NCBI GenBank assembly: GCA_025594325.1
Contig: JANHCV010000003.1
Span: 1,984,001-2,048,000, forward strand
Source: Blastocladiella emersonii ATCC 22665
Taxonomy: Eukaryota > Fungi > Blastocladiomycota
DNA length: 64,000 bases
Direction of reading: 5' to 3'
The number at the start of each line of letters is the position of its first letter. Within the stretch, counting starts at the first letter, position 1. The notes under the pieces were generated by a model. The model saw only the letters and a program-made list of their open reading frames with translations. It ran no database searches and was not told the DNA's origin. Below, piece after piece: positions 1-11,249 of this stretch. A program made the position numbers and the translations under genes.

Positions 1-199
1 GCGAGGTGCACACGTTGAGTCGGCTTATGAAGTAGAATACATCACAGTTTAGCACCTTCGACTGCCTTCGTCACTCGACAGCTTGAATGTGGCAAAGTGG
101 GCGGTGCGAGACAGTGTCATTGACTAGCAATATAATACCCTTTCTTCGAGTGACTGTGTGACCGGCCTCGCTGGCACCCTCGTAGTCGCTGCCTTGAAA

Positions 200-922
200 C
201 GTTCTTGAGATAGTTCGAGCTGTGGTCGATGGCAAAACTCACGATCATCTACCGTTGGTCGACGCTTCGTGTGCGAAAATAACAAACGTATATGTACAAG
301 AGGTGTCACTTCGACTGCGGCGGCGCCTGCGCTGTTGCCGCGTTCGCGAGGACGAGGTCGACGCGCGGCTCAAGAAAGTCGAGCGCGAGGTGGACCGCGC
401 GGCTACGCATGCGCCGTTCGCGTGAGCCATGCACTGTTCCGGTTCAAAGCGCGCAACGTACACGTCCTCGTAGATGGCGACCAGTCGGTCGTTCAACGCG
501 TTTCCAAGCTCGTCGGCGCGGGCGACCAGTCCAGCTGCCGCTGCGCTTGGCGCTTCCACCCGCTGCACCGTGTCGACGGCGCCGGCATGAACGTGGACGG
601 CTGTCGCGTGTGCGGTCGCCGAGGCCTACTCATGGCGTCAGCGACGTCCGACCCGCACGGCTGACGATACGTGTACCTCGGCCAACTGCGCAGTCACATC
701 TCGCACAAGCGCCGCCAACGCACCTGAAGCGCGTTCAAGTGCTGCACTTAGAGTCCGCGCTTCGGTCGCGGCGAGCGCTGCAGCTGCGGCCGAAGCGGTG
801 CTCGCGACCGACGCCGCGCGCGTGTGATTTGTTGCGCGCGGCGACGTCGGCGTCTGCGGCGTCGAAGACATAACAGGAGCAGGGACGGGTTGCACCGACT
901 CGGTGTACCACGCGGGGTTCAT
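200..922 (-). pseudogene. Probable decayed Mutator-like transposase N-terminus (FAR1/WRKY-GCM1-type DNA-binding region)
   Basis: ORF 638..922 joins ORF 245..568 in frame through a GT-AG intron (676-626, with gctgac branch point). The product ends ...CMAHANG...RRRRRSRSDTSCTYTFVIFAHEASTNGR*. Restoring one G at about 247 gives ...NGRWIVSFAIDH, resembling the FAR1 'R..S.R.GC...W.V......H' pattern. No TIR found. Confidence 0.35.
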
Positions 923-1725
923 TCGCTACGTTCCTTCAGGTTAACAGAGAGCGCGGGCTAGACGCGTCGTGTGAGCCAGCCACCTCACGCGGCGTGCCGG
1001 CTCGCGTGCCCCCTTCCGTCGTGATCCAGTCGCTGATCGTCTTGTCCAGCGCCGCGGCTTCGACGAGACCTCTAAGACGGCGCTACGGCGAGTCTTTCTG
1101 CTGTGGCGAGTGAGGACGTTTGGGCAGGGCCCACGCCCTGATCGGCGAGTGATGCCACCGTGCTTGTATGCGAGAGCGCTCCCAAGCAGGACCCTGACGC
1201 CGCGGTGACGCTGAAAGGGCGAGGATTTGCACCACGGGAGCGCTTTTCACAGGCCGAGGCAGGGCAGTTCCCGTCGTCCCGGGTGGCGATGCACAGCTGG
1301 CCCCGCTCTGTTGTTCTTCCGGGCATCCAGGGGGTTGCGGGCGATGGTCCACGCGGCCCCAGTCCGCGACTGTGACGTGATGTGGCCGAGCCGGACCTGA
1401 AGTCGCGGCGCTCATCGCGCATCGCGGCGCCACCCGGGGCTTGCGCCCCCCCGACCTGCAGCCTGCTTGCGCTCCCGACTCTCGCTCTCCGGCACCGACA
1501 ACAAACAGAGTCGACCGACCAACTTGCTGCACTGCGAGGCACCCGCGAGACACACGCGCGCACCTTGCACTGTTGCGACCGTGGCATCAACAACGACACT
1601 CGAGGTATGCCGCTTCGGGCGCTCCTGTCGTATCGCAGCGAGGGCTCTCGACTGACCCGGGCGCCGGCGCAAGTACTAGACATACCCTCCCTACTACAGA
1701 CGACTAGACGACGACGACGGACACG

Positions 1726-4303
1726 ATGCTCGGCCAGTACGACATCGTTTACGCCATCCACGACTTCAAGGTGCGCTCCTCGCTATCGATGCGTGACTCA
1801 CAGAGCACTGACGCCCTCTCCAACAACTAGGCCGAGGACGAGGATGAGGTGAGCTTCAAGGCCGGCGAGGAAATCATTGTCCTCGAGCGCGACGCCGAGT
1901 TCAATGACGGCTGGTGGATGGTACGCCCTCTCATGCTTCCCTAACTTGTCAGAGCTCCATTAACCACATTCATGGTGTGTGTAGGGCCGCACGCAGGACG
2001 GGCAGATCGGCCTGTTCCCGGCCAACTTCACGTCGCCAACACCCGTGTCGCCAACGACGACCGAGACCTCGACCATGTCGACGTCCATGGCGTCCATGGA
2101 CCGCAGCAGCGCCAACGCGGGCGGCGCCGCCCCGGGCACGTCCAAGAAGCACCCGAACCACCGCGAGTCGGTGCAGTCGTTCGACGCCCTCGACCAGTAC
2201 GAGAGCCTGATCAGCGACCTGCGCAAGTCGATCCACCTCTCGTCCAACAAGCTCGCCGAGCTGCGCAAGTCCGAGGTCGGCCCCGAGAACGGCGCCGCGC
2301 CCGCGCTCCCGGCGCTCCCGCTCGACTCGATGCCGCTCACGGCCTCGCCCGCCGCCTCGGCCGTCGGCTCCAACATCGGTGGCGGCGCCCACTCGACGCT
2401 CTCGTCGCGCGGTCCGGCCGCTGGCGGCAGCACCGTCTCGCGCAACACCAACGGCGGCAACGGGCACTACGACGACCGCCTCGGCGTCTCTGGCCCCGGC
2501 GCGTCGCCGATCCCGCACCGCTCGCTGACGCCCGACTACACGTCGATCGACCCCCGCCGCGCGTACGGCGGCGGCGGTGCGACGCCGAGCCCCGGGCCAA
2601 ACGGGTACCGTTCGCGGCCGCCGCACACGTGGTCGGCGCGCGAGGTGGCCGACTGGCTGTCGAGCGTCGGGTTCGCCAACTTTGCCGACCACTTCCTGCG
2701 CAACGAGATCAACGGCGAGGCCATGCTGTCGCTGTCGCTGCCGACGCTCAAGGAGCTCGACATTCCGGCGCTCGGCAAGCGCATCCAGATCATGAACTCG
2801 ATCATCTCGCTCAAGGAGGAGTTTGGCCTGGCCGAGGACGGCGGTGCCGGCGGGGCTGCGCGTGGTCGTCTCGCGCGCTCGTCGACGTCCACGTCCGGCC
2901 AGCGCGGCCGGTCGGCCCACCTCAGCGTGTCCCCCGGCCCCGGCGGCCGCATGCCGTCGCCGCCGCGGTCGCCCAACCTCGGCGTGCGCGGCGTGTCGCG
3001 CGTGTCGTCGCGGTCGTCGGCGTCGGGCGCGCCGCCGTCGCCCAAGGCCGGGCCCATGCACGTGCCGTACGGCGCCGGTTCCTCGGACGCGCTCCCCGTG
3101 CCGCCGATGCCGACGCCCGCGCGGATCCCGACGCCGACGCCGCGCGATGCGCTCGACGTGTCGGCGGCAGACCTGTCGCCGGCGGACTGCGAGGGCCAGC
3201 TCAAGACGCTCGAGAACACGACGGGGTACGCGGGCAAGGACGGCGACTTCAAGCGGCGGTGGATGGTGCTCAAGGGCAACGCGCTGTACTGGTTCAAGGA
3301 CGCCAAGACGGCGGGCGCGCTGCACTGCATCTACGTGCACAGCGGGTTCAAGGTGGCCATGGACGAGTCGGTGCGGTCGGGCAAGCACGCGTTCCGCGTC
3401 ACGGAGCTCAACCCGGAGGCGGGCCCGCGCAAGCACTGGCTCTTCTACACGGACGACGTCAAGGAGGCGCGCAAGTGGATGCGCAGCCTGACCAAGGCCA
3501 CCATCTTCCACTCGCAGCACGAGGCGTCCAAGCGCGGCGCCGACGGCGTCGAGATCATTGGCGACCCGCGCGAGGTCATCTCGGCGATCCGCGTCAACGA
3601 CGACCACTTTGCGCAGTCGGAGCTCGGCCAGATCTCGCGCGACTGGATGGACCACGAGCCGCGCAACGGCCAGCAGCAGCAGCAGCTGTCGCCGCGCTCG
3701 CCTGGCGGTTCCGGCCGCCGGCCGTCGCTGCCCGGCCACCACTCGGGCAGCCCGACCGAGTACTACCCGCCGCTGCCGGGCAAGGAGCCGATCCTGCGCA
3801 GCAAGTCGACGGAGCCGTACGACTACGGGACGCGCGCGAGCACGAGCCCATCGCGGTCCCTGTCGCGGAGCGGGTCCTCCGGCGGCAACGGCGGCAGCAA
3901 GCAGCGCGGGTGGGACGACGGGCGCGAGCGCGAGATCACGCGCATGCGGCAGCAGCAGGCGCATTTCGTCGCGTACGTGAACGGCGCGCTGCCGCCCAAC
4001 GAGTCGATCACGGCGCTGCGCGACCTGGTGCCCGGCGTCGGGTTCATCCATTTCCTGTCCAACATTGCCCGCACGCCGCTCCCGCCGCACTACGCTCGCG
4101 CGGTGCGCGACCCCGCCGTGTACCGCATCGACTGGCTCGATAACTGGGACGTGGTGCTGTCGTGGGCCAGCGAGCTCGGCGTCGGCGTCCCGCCGCAGAT
4201 CACGGTCGAGAAGCTGGCCTCCGGCCGCGAGGACGCGCTCGTCGATCTCATCGAGGCGGTCCAGGCGTCGTTCGCGCCGCGCCCGCCGGCCCCCGCGGCC
4301 TAA
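1726..4303 (+). CDS. Boi1/Pob1-like polarity scaffold: SH3-SAM-PH plus a C-terminal calponin-homology-like domain
   Basis: Exons 1726-1770, 1831-1920, 1985-4303. SH3: VYAIHDFKAEDEDEVSFKAGEEI...DGWWMG...GLFPANF. SAM: WSAREVADWLSSVGF...EINGEAMLSL...LGKRIQI. PH: FKRRWMVLKGNALYWFK...ARKWMRSL. Confidence 0.85.
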
Positions 4304-4893
4304 GAGTTTTGTTTTGCCTTCTTGCTGTTGTCCCTCCCCTCTCGCATTGCCCCCGTTTGCTGTACTATATAGGATTGCGTAGTCTGTCCACATCGTGCCG
4401 CGCTCGGGTCGGGAGGGAGGAGATGGCACTGAGACCGATACCACCACCCCACCTATAGAACGAGGAAAAGTCACGTAACGAGGAATACACGCTTGTCATC
4501 ATAGACCCCATCACTCGCCCGGCGGAGTGGCGCATCGCGCGGGTCACCACGCGCCGGCGCCGCCTCCGTGACGTCAGCTGATGCGCCCGCCGCAGACTTT
4601 TCCCCCCTCGCCGCAGCGGCACCGACTCCTTGGTTGCTGGCCTCGCCGCCGACGTTGCTCGCGCCGCTCTCGCAACGCTAAGACGCAACAACCACCTTCG
4701 TGGCCTGCAGCAACACGATCGCTGCCGCCGCACCTCGCTACGCATCAACGCCACGGAACGGGAACCGGGATTGGGGGAGAGCCGAATCGGATAGCACGAC
4801 GACAAGGAGGATCAGCACTAGAACCTCCAGCGAATACACGGCAACTGCTGATTGAGGCTCTGGCAGTCTCTCACGACGCAACGAGAACAAACC

Positions 4894-5876
4894 ATGTCCG
4901 ACCTCGACCGGTACGGCGCCGCCCGCCCCGTGCCGAACCGCGCGCACGCACGAGGTCTCACCTGCCGTACGTCAATAGGCAGATTGAGCAGCTGCGCAAC
5001 TGCGAGCTCATCAAGGAGTCGGAGGTGCGCGAGCTGTGCGCCAAGGCGCGCGAGATCCTGATCGAGGAGGCCAACGTGCAGCGGGTCGATGCGCCCGTGA
5101 CCATCTGCGGCGACATCCACGGCCAGTTCTACGACCTCAAGGAGCTGTTCGCCGTGGGCGGCCCGTGCCCCGAGACCAACTACCTGTTCATGGGCGACTT
5201 CGTTGACCGCGGCTTCTACTCGGTCGAGACGTTCCTGCTGCTGCTCGCCCTCAAGGTGCGGTACCCGGACCGCATCACGCTGATCCGCGGCAACCACGAG
5301 TCGCGCCAGATCACCCAGGTCTACGGGTTCTACGACGAGTGCCTGCGCAAGTTCGGCAGCGTCAACGTGTGGCGGTACTGCTGCGAGATCTTCGACTACC
5401 TCGCCCTCGCCGCGCTCGTCGATGACCGCGTCCTGTGCGTGCACGGCGGTCTGTCCCCGGCCTTGACTACGCTCGACCAGATCCGCACCATTGACCGCAA
5501 GCAGGAGGTCCCGCACGACGGCGCCATGTGCGACCTGCTGTGGAGCGACCCCGAGGACATTGACGGGTGGGGCGTGTCGCCGCGCGGCGCAGGTTACCTG
5601 TTCGGCGCCGACGTGGTCGCCGGGTTCATCCACACCAACAACCTCGAGCTGATCGCGCGCGCGCACCAGCTCGTCATGGAGGGGTACAAGTCCATGTTCA
5701 ACGACTCGATCGTCACCGTCTGGTCCGCGCCAAATTACTGCTACCGGTGCGGCAACGTGGCCGCGATCCTCGAGCTCGACGATAAGCTCACCCGGACATA
5801 CCGCATCTTCGACGCTGCGCCCCAGGACACGCGCGGGATCCCGGCCAAGAAGGCTGCTCCCGACTACTTTTTGTAA
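4894..5876 (+). CDS. PPH3: Ser/Thr protein phosphatase 4 catalytic subunit (PPP family)
   Basis: Exon 4894-4910, intron 4911-4978. Start [22 protein letters not shown]; motifs GDIHGQ, GDFVDRG, RGNHE; C-terminal PDYFL, matching PP4C. Confidence 0.93.
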
Positions 5877-5965
5877 GCATGTCTCTGTGTCTCTCGTCGA
5901 TCGCTCCTCAATACGAAACCACTGCCCCTTCAGCTGCGTCCCATTCCGGTGTATTATGTATCATC

Positions 5966-8404
5966 TCAGACAGGCGCCGTGTAGTCCTTGGGGAACTGCC
6001 CCGCGGCACCCGTCCGCAGATTCCGGCCGGCCCACCACGCGTCGCTGCCCGTGCGCGTGCTGGTGACGGCGATCGTGTCGCCGACGGCCATGCTCATCTC
6101 GCCGTCGCACGTCGACGCGTACTCGAACAGCGCCGTCACGCGCATCTCCCCGCTGCTCCCATTCGCGCGCGGCGTCGGTAATGGCGGCACACTCGCCCCC
6201 GTACCCCCGGACCGCACCGAAGCCGAGTCGCCCGCAGTACTCATGCGTCGGACCGACCGCGTCGTCGACGACGCGCTGCGCGCACGCGGACTCGAGGCCG
6301 TTACGGCCGCCGTTGTCGTGGCCGCGGCCACGACCGCGTCCCACCCCTGCGTGAACACGTACGGGAACAGGCCCTGCTCGCCAGTGCGCGTGTTCTGGCC
6401 GAGCCACCACTCGGGCGTGGTTCCGCCCGACTCGTCGGCGGTAGCCCCGCGGTCGAGGACGCGCAGCGCGTCGCCCGCGCGGAAGGCGAGCTCGCCCGAC
6501 TCCTGTGGCGTATAGTCGAAGAGCGCGGTCACGGTCACGGCGCCGGGGGGCGGGGACGCGGCCTTTCGCGCAGCCGCTGCCGCCGCGGCGGAGGAGGCGG
6601 AGGCGTTGGTCGGGCGACGCGTCGGTGCGGGCGACGTGATGGGCGTGGTGTTGGTCGACGACAGCGTGACAATGTAGCCCGAGGGGACGAACCCGACGGT
6701 GCTGGTGCCGGGGACCGCGGCCTTGGTCCAGCCCTCGACGTCGGGCTCGAGCAGCGTCAGGACCTGGCCCTCGCGCACCGACAGCTCGCTCGGCTCCTGC
6801 GCCGTGTACGCGAACAGGACGCGCGCCTTGCCGATGCCCGGCGGGTCGCGCGGCGCGGTAGCGGTTCCCGAACGGGACGGCGTGGGCGGTGACGAGACGG
6901 GACCCGTCGCGGCAGAGAGGCCGGCGAGCCCGGCACCGACGCTAGTGGACGGCGAGACGAGCGAGTCCATGCCCGCCAGCTTGGCGGCGTCGATGGTGGC
7001 CGAGGTGAGGGTGAGGTCCGAGACGGCGGACGTGACCGAGACGCCGGCGTCCTCGAGGGCGGCGACCTGGGCCTCGATGGCCTTGAGCTGGACCGAGAGG
7101 TGGACGGCCTGGAGCTCGAGGGCGAGTTTCGAGTCGAGCGGGTTGGTGGCGTTGCCGAACTCGGGGTTCTTCTCGTACACTTTCGCCATCTGCTCGAGCC
7201 CGGCAATCTCCTTGGTGGTCTTGTCCCACTCCTTGGCGGCGATCTGGCGCCGCTTCTTGAGGTCCATGAGCGCGGTCGCGAGGACGACCTTGGACACCTC
7301 GTCGAGGACCAGCTCGGCGGGCGCCACGTCGCTGGCCGCGGGCTCGTGCGCGAACACGGCGGCGCCCGGGAACACCTTGGCGTGCAGGTGCAGGAACCGG
7401 GCCTGCTCGACGTCGCGGTCGATCTCGCCCGTCGCGTCAACGACCGCGGCGGCGGCGGCACGCGCCTGCTCGAGGGCATCGGCCTCGGCGCTCGCGCTGT
7501 TGGCGACGGTCTGGGCAAAGGTCGGGTGAAACTCGCCGTCGAGGCGGTGCATGAAGGCGGGCAGCTCGGTGGCCCAGTACTGTGCCTGGGCGGCGTTGTT
7601 GGAGGCGAGGGCGAGGAGGTACGCGTTGCGTGCGTCGACGAGCCGGCGCGCCGCGTTCTTGGCCTTGAGCGCCGACTTCGACAGCCGCTCCTCGTCGGAC
7701 ACGGACGAGAACGCGGCCTTGACGGAGCTCAGCATCGACGTCTTGCCGGCGAGCAGGTCGGCGTGTTTCCGGGCCGCGCTCTCGGCGTGCTTGGCCGCGT
7801 CCTCGTACTCGCGGCGCCGCTCCGACAGCGTGAACAGGGTCCCGACGAGCGCGTCCTGCGTGGTGCGCCACAGCTCGGCCGATTTCGCGGTCGCGGCCTG
7901 CTTCTCGCGCACGAAATCGCGCGCCGGGTCGACGACCGTGGACGCGAGCGAGTCGCACAGCGCCAGGGTGCGCTTGGCACGCGACTCGGACTCGGCGAGC
8001 AGCGCGTTGAACACGCGCAGCGTCGGCTTGATCTCGGGCACGCCGTCGCTCGCGGCATCGCCCGTCGCCGCGTCGCCCTCGTCGTTCTCGGCCGCAGCGG
8101 CCGCGACGGCGGCGGGACTCTTGCCCGTGCCCGCGCCGGACGCTGAGGCAGCGGCAGCGGCGGCGATCTTGTTGTAGCTCCGCACGAGCTTGTCGATCTT
8201 CTCGGCGGCGTCGCGCTCGATCTCGAGCTTGCGGCGCAGAAACTCCTTGGTGTGGTCGAGCAGCGCCGCGTCCTCGTCGGCCTTGGAAGTCAGCCGCGCG
8301 AGCTGCCCCGCGTACAGCGACTTGGCCGCCTTGGCGTGCGCGGGCGCGGCCGACGCCAGCAGCGGCGCGCCGGGTACGGGCGCGGCGGGTGGATGCGGCG
8401 ACAT
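5966..8404 (-). CDS. F-BAR (FCH) - HR1 - triple SH3 protein, Bzz1/CIP4/Nwk-like
   Basis: Single ORF from MSPHPP. FCH region (LLDHTKEFLRRKLEIERDAAEKIDKL), long helical F-BAR, HR1-like KEIAGLEQMAKVYEKNPEFG, and three SH3 motifs (ARVLFAY..EGW; ALFDY..PEWW..GLFP; ALFEY..AWW..GQFP). Confidence 0.85.
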   Translation of the reverse strand: MSPHPPAAPVPGAPLLASAAPAHAKAAKSLYAGQLARLTSKADEDAALLDHTKEFLRRKLEIERDAAEKIDKLVRSYNKIAAAAAASASGAGTGKSPAAVAAAAAENDEGDAATGDAASDGVPEIKPTLRVFNALLAESESRAKRTLALCDSLASTVVDPARDFVREKQAATAKSAELWRTTQDALVGTLFTLSERRREYEDAAKHAESAARKHADLLAGKTSMLSSVKAAFSSVSDEERLSKSALKAKNAARRLVDARNAYLLALASNNAAQAQYWATELPAFMHRLDGEFHPTFAQTVANSASAEADALEQARAAAAAVVDATGEIDRDVEQARFLHLHAKVFPGAAVFAHEPAASDVAPAELVLDEVSKVVLATALMDLKKRRQIAAKEWDKTTKEIAGLEQMAKVYEKNPEFGNATNPLDSKLALELQAVHLSVQLKAIEAQVAALEDAGVSVTSAVSDLTLTSATIDAAKLAGMDSLVSPSTSVGAGLAGLSAATGPVSSPPTPSRSGTATAPRDPPGIGKARVLFAYTAQEPSELSVREGQVLTLLEPDVEGWTKAAVPGTSTVGFVPSGYIVTLSSTNTTPITSPAPTRRPTNASASSAAAAAAARKAASPPPGAVTVTALFDYTPQESGELAFRAGDALRVLDRGATADESGGTTPEWWLGQNTRTGEQGLFPYVFTQGWDAVVAAATTTAAVTASSPRARSASSTTRSVRRMSTAGDSASVRSGGTGASVPPLPTPRANGSSGEMRVTALFEYASTCDGEMSMAVGDTIAVTSTRTGSDAWWAGRNLRTGAAGQFPKDYTAPV

Positions 8405-8937
8405 GGAGGGTGTGATCGGTGGCGGTGATGAGTTGCGGTAGAGGGTGAGGGGAGCAGCGGTGTGGTGGTGGCGCGGTCGGCCGTTGCGTTGCGCTCTCTC
8501 TCTAAGTTTAGCGGCGGTGCTCGAGCGGGAAGAGTTGCATGAGATGGCGGCGGTGAGCCGGTTGCATGAGATTCGATCGCGCGTGCCGGAGAGAGAAGGG
8601 AAGAGAGAAACCTTGCGCGGCACCGAGGAACACGGCGAGGCGAGACGGGAAGAGAAAGAAAAGAGTCAGCCGAGCGCCACGTGCCCGTGACCTCCGACGC
8701 GTCTCGCGTTGCGCGGGAGACGCGCGCGTTTGCGCTGCGCGATATACGGCCGCAATATTGCCCGCCCTCAGCCCGCGGACCGGTCAGTCGCCGCTTTGAT
8801 CCAAGCCGGGCAGCGTATAAATCTCGCCTGCCCGCCCGCTCCCGTTACTGACTCCCTAGCGTCCATCCCTGTCTCGGACACTACGATCAATCAACACCAC
8901 GCATCGACACCCCACTCTCTCTACCCGCAACAGCACC

Positions 8938-11182
8938 ATGACCGTCCTCAACGTCCTCGTCCTGGACGACTGCGGGACTCCGACCATCCCGACCACCTCC
9001 ACCGCCGGCAGCAATGCTGCGCCCACCGCGCCCACGACGGGCACCTCCTCGTACTCGTCCTTCGTCGGGTCGGACGAGGTCAACCTGTTCGTGATCACGT
9101 CCAAGGGCGGGCTGTCGGCGCAGGATAAGGCGCGCGCGCGGGCCTATGTCGAGCTCGACTCGCCGACCACGGACGGCACCGTCGAGCTGGTGGCGCGCGC
9201 GTGGCACGAGGAGTACACGCTTCACCGCATTTACACCAAGCAGGAGGACCTCGTCATCCGCGCCGCGTTCCTGCGCCAGATGTTCGGCATCCGCGAGGGC
9301 CTGCAGCCCGAGGCCGCCGTACGTTCTACTGCGTGCATTCCTCGCCGTGTGACTCGCGACTGATCTTGCACCTATCATCTAGATCGCGTTCCGCGACAAG
9401 ACCGTGATGAAGGACCTGGCCGTGGGCGCTGGCGTGGCGGTGCCCGACTACGCGCGGCTGCACTCGCCGACGTGCCTCATGTCGCTAGTCGACCGCGCGG
9501 GCCTGCCCGTGATCATCAAGCCGTCGCTCGGGTCGGCCAGCGTCGGCCTGCACGTCCTGCGCACGCGCGCCGAGCTGTCGTACTACCTGGCCAACGACTT
9601 TTTCGGGGGCGGCCGCATCGACGCGAGCGGCCGCGGCCAGATGGACGTGAGCGGCAGCGACGTGCTGGCCGAGGCCATGCTGGTCGACGCCCCCATGTAC
9701 CACGTCAACGGGCTCGCGACGCGCGGCAAGCTGACCCACGTCTGGGCGTTTGCCTACGAGGCGACCAACCTCGGGTTCACCAAGGGCAAGGCGTACGGCA
9801 ACGTCGGCGTCACGCCCGACGAGCCCATCTACCGCGACCTCGTCGGCGCCGCCGAGCGCGTCCTCGGCGCGTACGCGGCCGCCGGCATGATGCCCGACCG
9901 CCTCGCGTTCCACCTCGAGCTGTTCCACGTCACCAACCCCGCCCAGGCCGCGCGTACCCGCGGCGGTGGCAAGGCCGCCGAGACGCACTCGGACTTTGTC
10001 CTGTGCGAGATCGCCGCGCGCCGCCCCGGCGGGTCGATCGTGTCGCTCATGGAGAAGTCGCTCGGCCAGCCGTTCGCCGCGCTCGAGTTCCGCTACAACC
10101 TCGGGCTCCCGCTCACCCCCGTCACCGCCGCGGCCACGACCGGCAAGGGCAAGCAGCAGCCCGCCACGGCGCGCCCCAAATCCCCCACCCGCGCTGCCGC
10201 GCACGCTTCGGGCCTGGCGCACCCGCACCTTCGCGTGGCGGACCTGCTGATCCCGCACAAGCCGCACTCGCTGCTGGCCAAGATGCCGCACCCGGGCACG
10301 TTCCCGCTCGCCGACGCGGGCGTCACGTACCACCCGGTCGCAACTCCCTCGACGTCGCGCGTGTACACGACGTTCCAGGTCGGCACCCTCAACACGGTCG
10401 CGCGCTTCTCGCTGACGCACGCCAGCATGACGCGCGACACGGCCGTCGCCACGCTGCGCCAGGCCGAGGCGTGGTTCAACCGCAACGTCGAGTACATCTC
10501 CGTGACCCCCACCAGCACCACAACCGCGGCTTCGTCGGAGACGACGGCGCTCGCCAAGCAGCCCGCCGCCAGCAGCAACAAGCTGCCGTCGGCCGTGCGC
10601 CGCCGTGCGCACCGCACCTTCGCGCGCACGTCGCTCGCCGTCGTGCACGTCCCCGCGCGCCGCACCGCGGCCGCCGCCATTGTCGAGAAGACGCGCCGCC
10701 GCGTGTACGCGCGCCGCGCCGAGGGCATGGCGCTCGTCAAGTACTCGCCCGCGCGCGGCGCGGTTGCGCTGAGCCGCCGCCTTGCGTCGCGCGTGCTGAC
10801 GCCCGCCGCCGCGGGCAGCGTGACGCGCACGGCGAAGGGCGCGGGGCAGCTCGCGATCTTCCGCCGCACCCTCGGGCACACGCTCGTGCGCCGCGTGTGG
10901 ATGCGCAGTCGGTCGGTTGTCCCCGCAAATGCGGTGAAGACGCCCGCGGCGGCGGTACCGCTCATGTCGGCCGAGGCCACGGCCGCGCGCGCGCTGCACA
11001 ACAAGCAGGTCGCGGTGCGCACGGCGCCGCGCGGGCACGCAGCGAGCCACACCATCGTCAACAAGGTGGCCAAGAAGGTCGGCGCCAACACGGACCCGGC
11101 GACCGGGTGGTGGCAGGGCGGCAAGCGCGCGGTGCTCGTCGGTAAGGGCAAGGAGAGTGTGCGTCGCGCGAACGCAGTTTGA
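8938..11182 (+). CDS. ATP-grasp ligase, bacterial NikS/L-amino-acid-ligase-like, with a basic low-complexity C-terminal tail
   Basis: Phase-0 intron 9319-9382 joins ORF 8938 to ORF 9404, giving ...EDLVIRAAFLRQMFGI...AAIAFRDKTVMK...PVIIKPSLGSASVG...FHLELF...CEIAARRPGG, which are ATP-grasp motifs. Confidence 0.8.
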
Positions 11183-11249
11183 GCAGTTGGAGAGAGGGAA
11201 TTGGTGATTGTATATACCGTGAGGGCAAAATTGGACAAAACTTGAGAAT

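Noticed and set aside
1970-4474. 834-aa minus and 723-aa plus alternative-frame ORFs
   Set aside because: Shadows of the SH3-SAM-PH gene, whose frame has clear domains.
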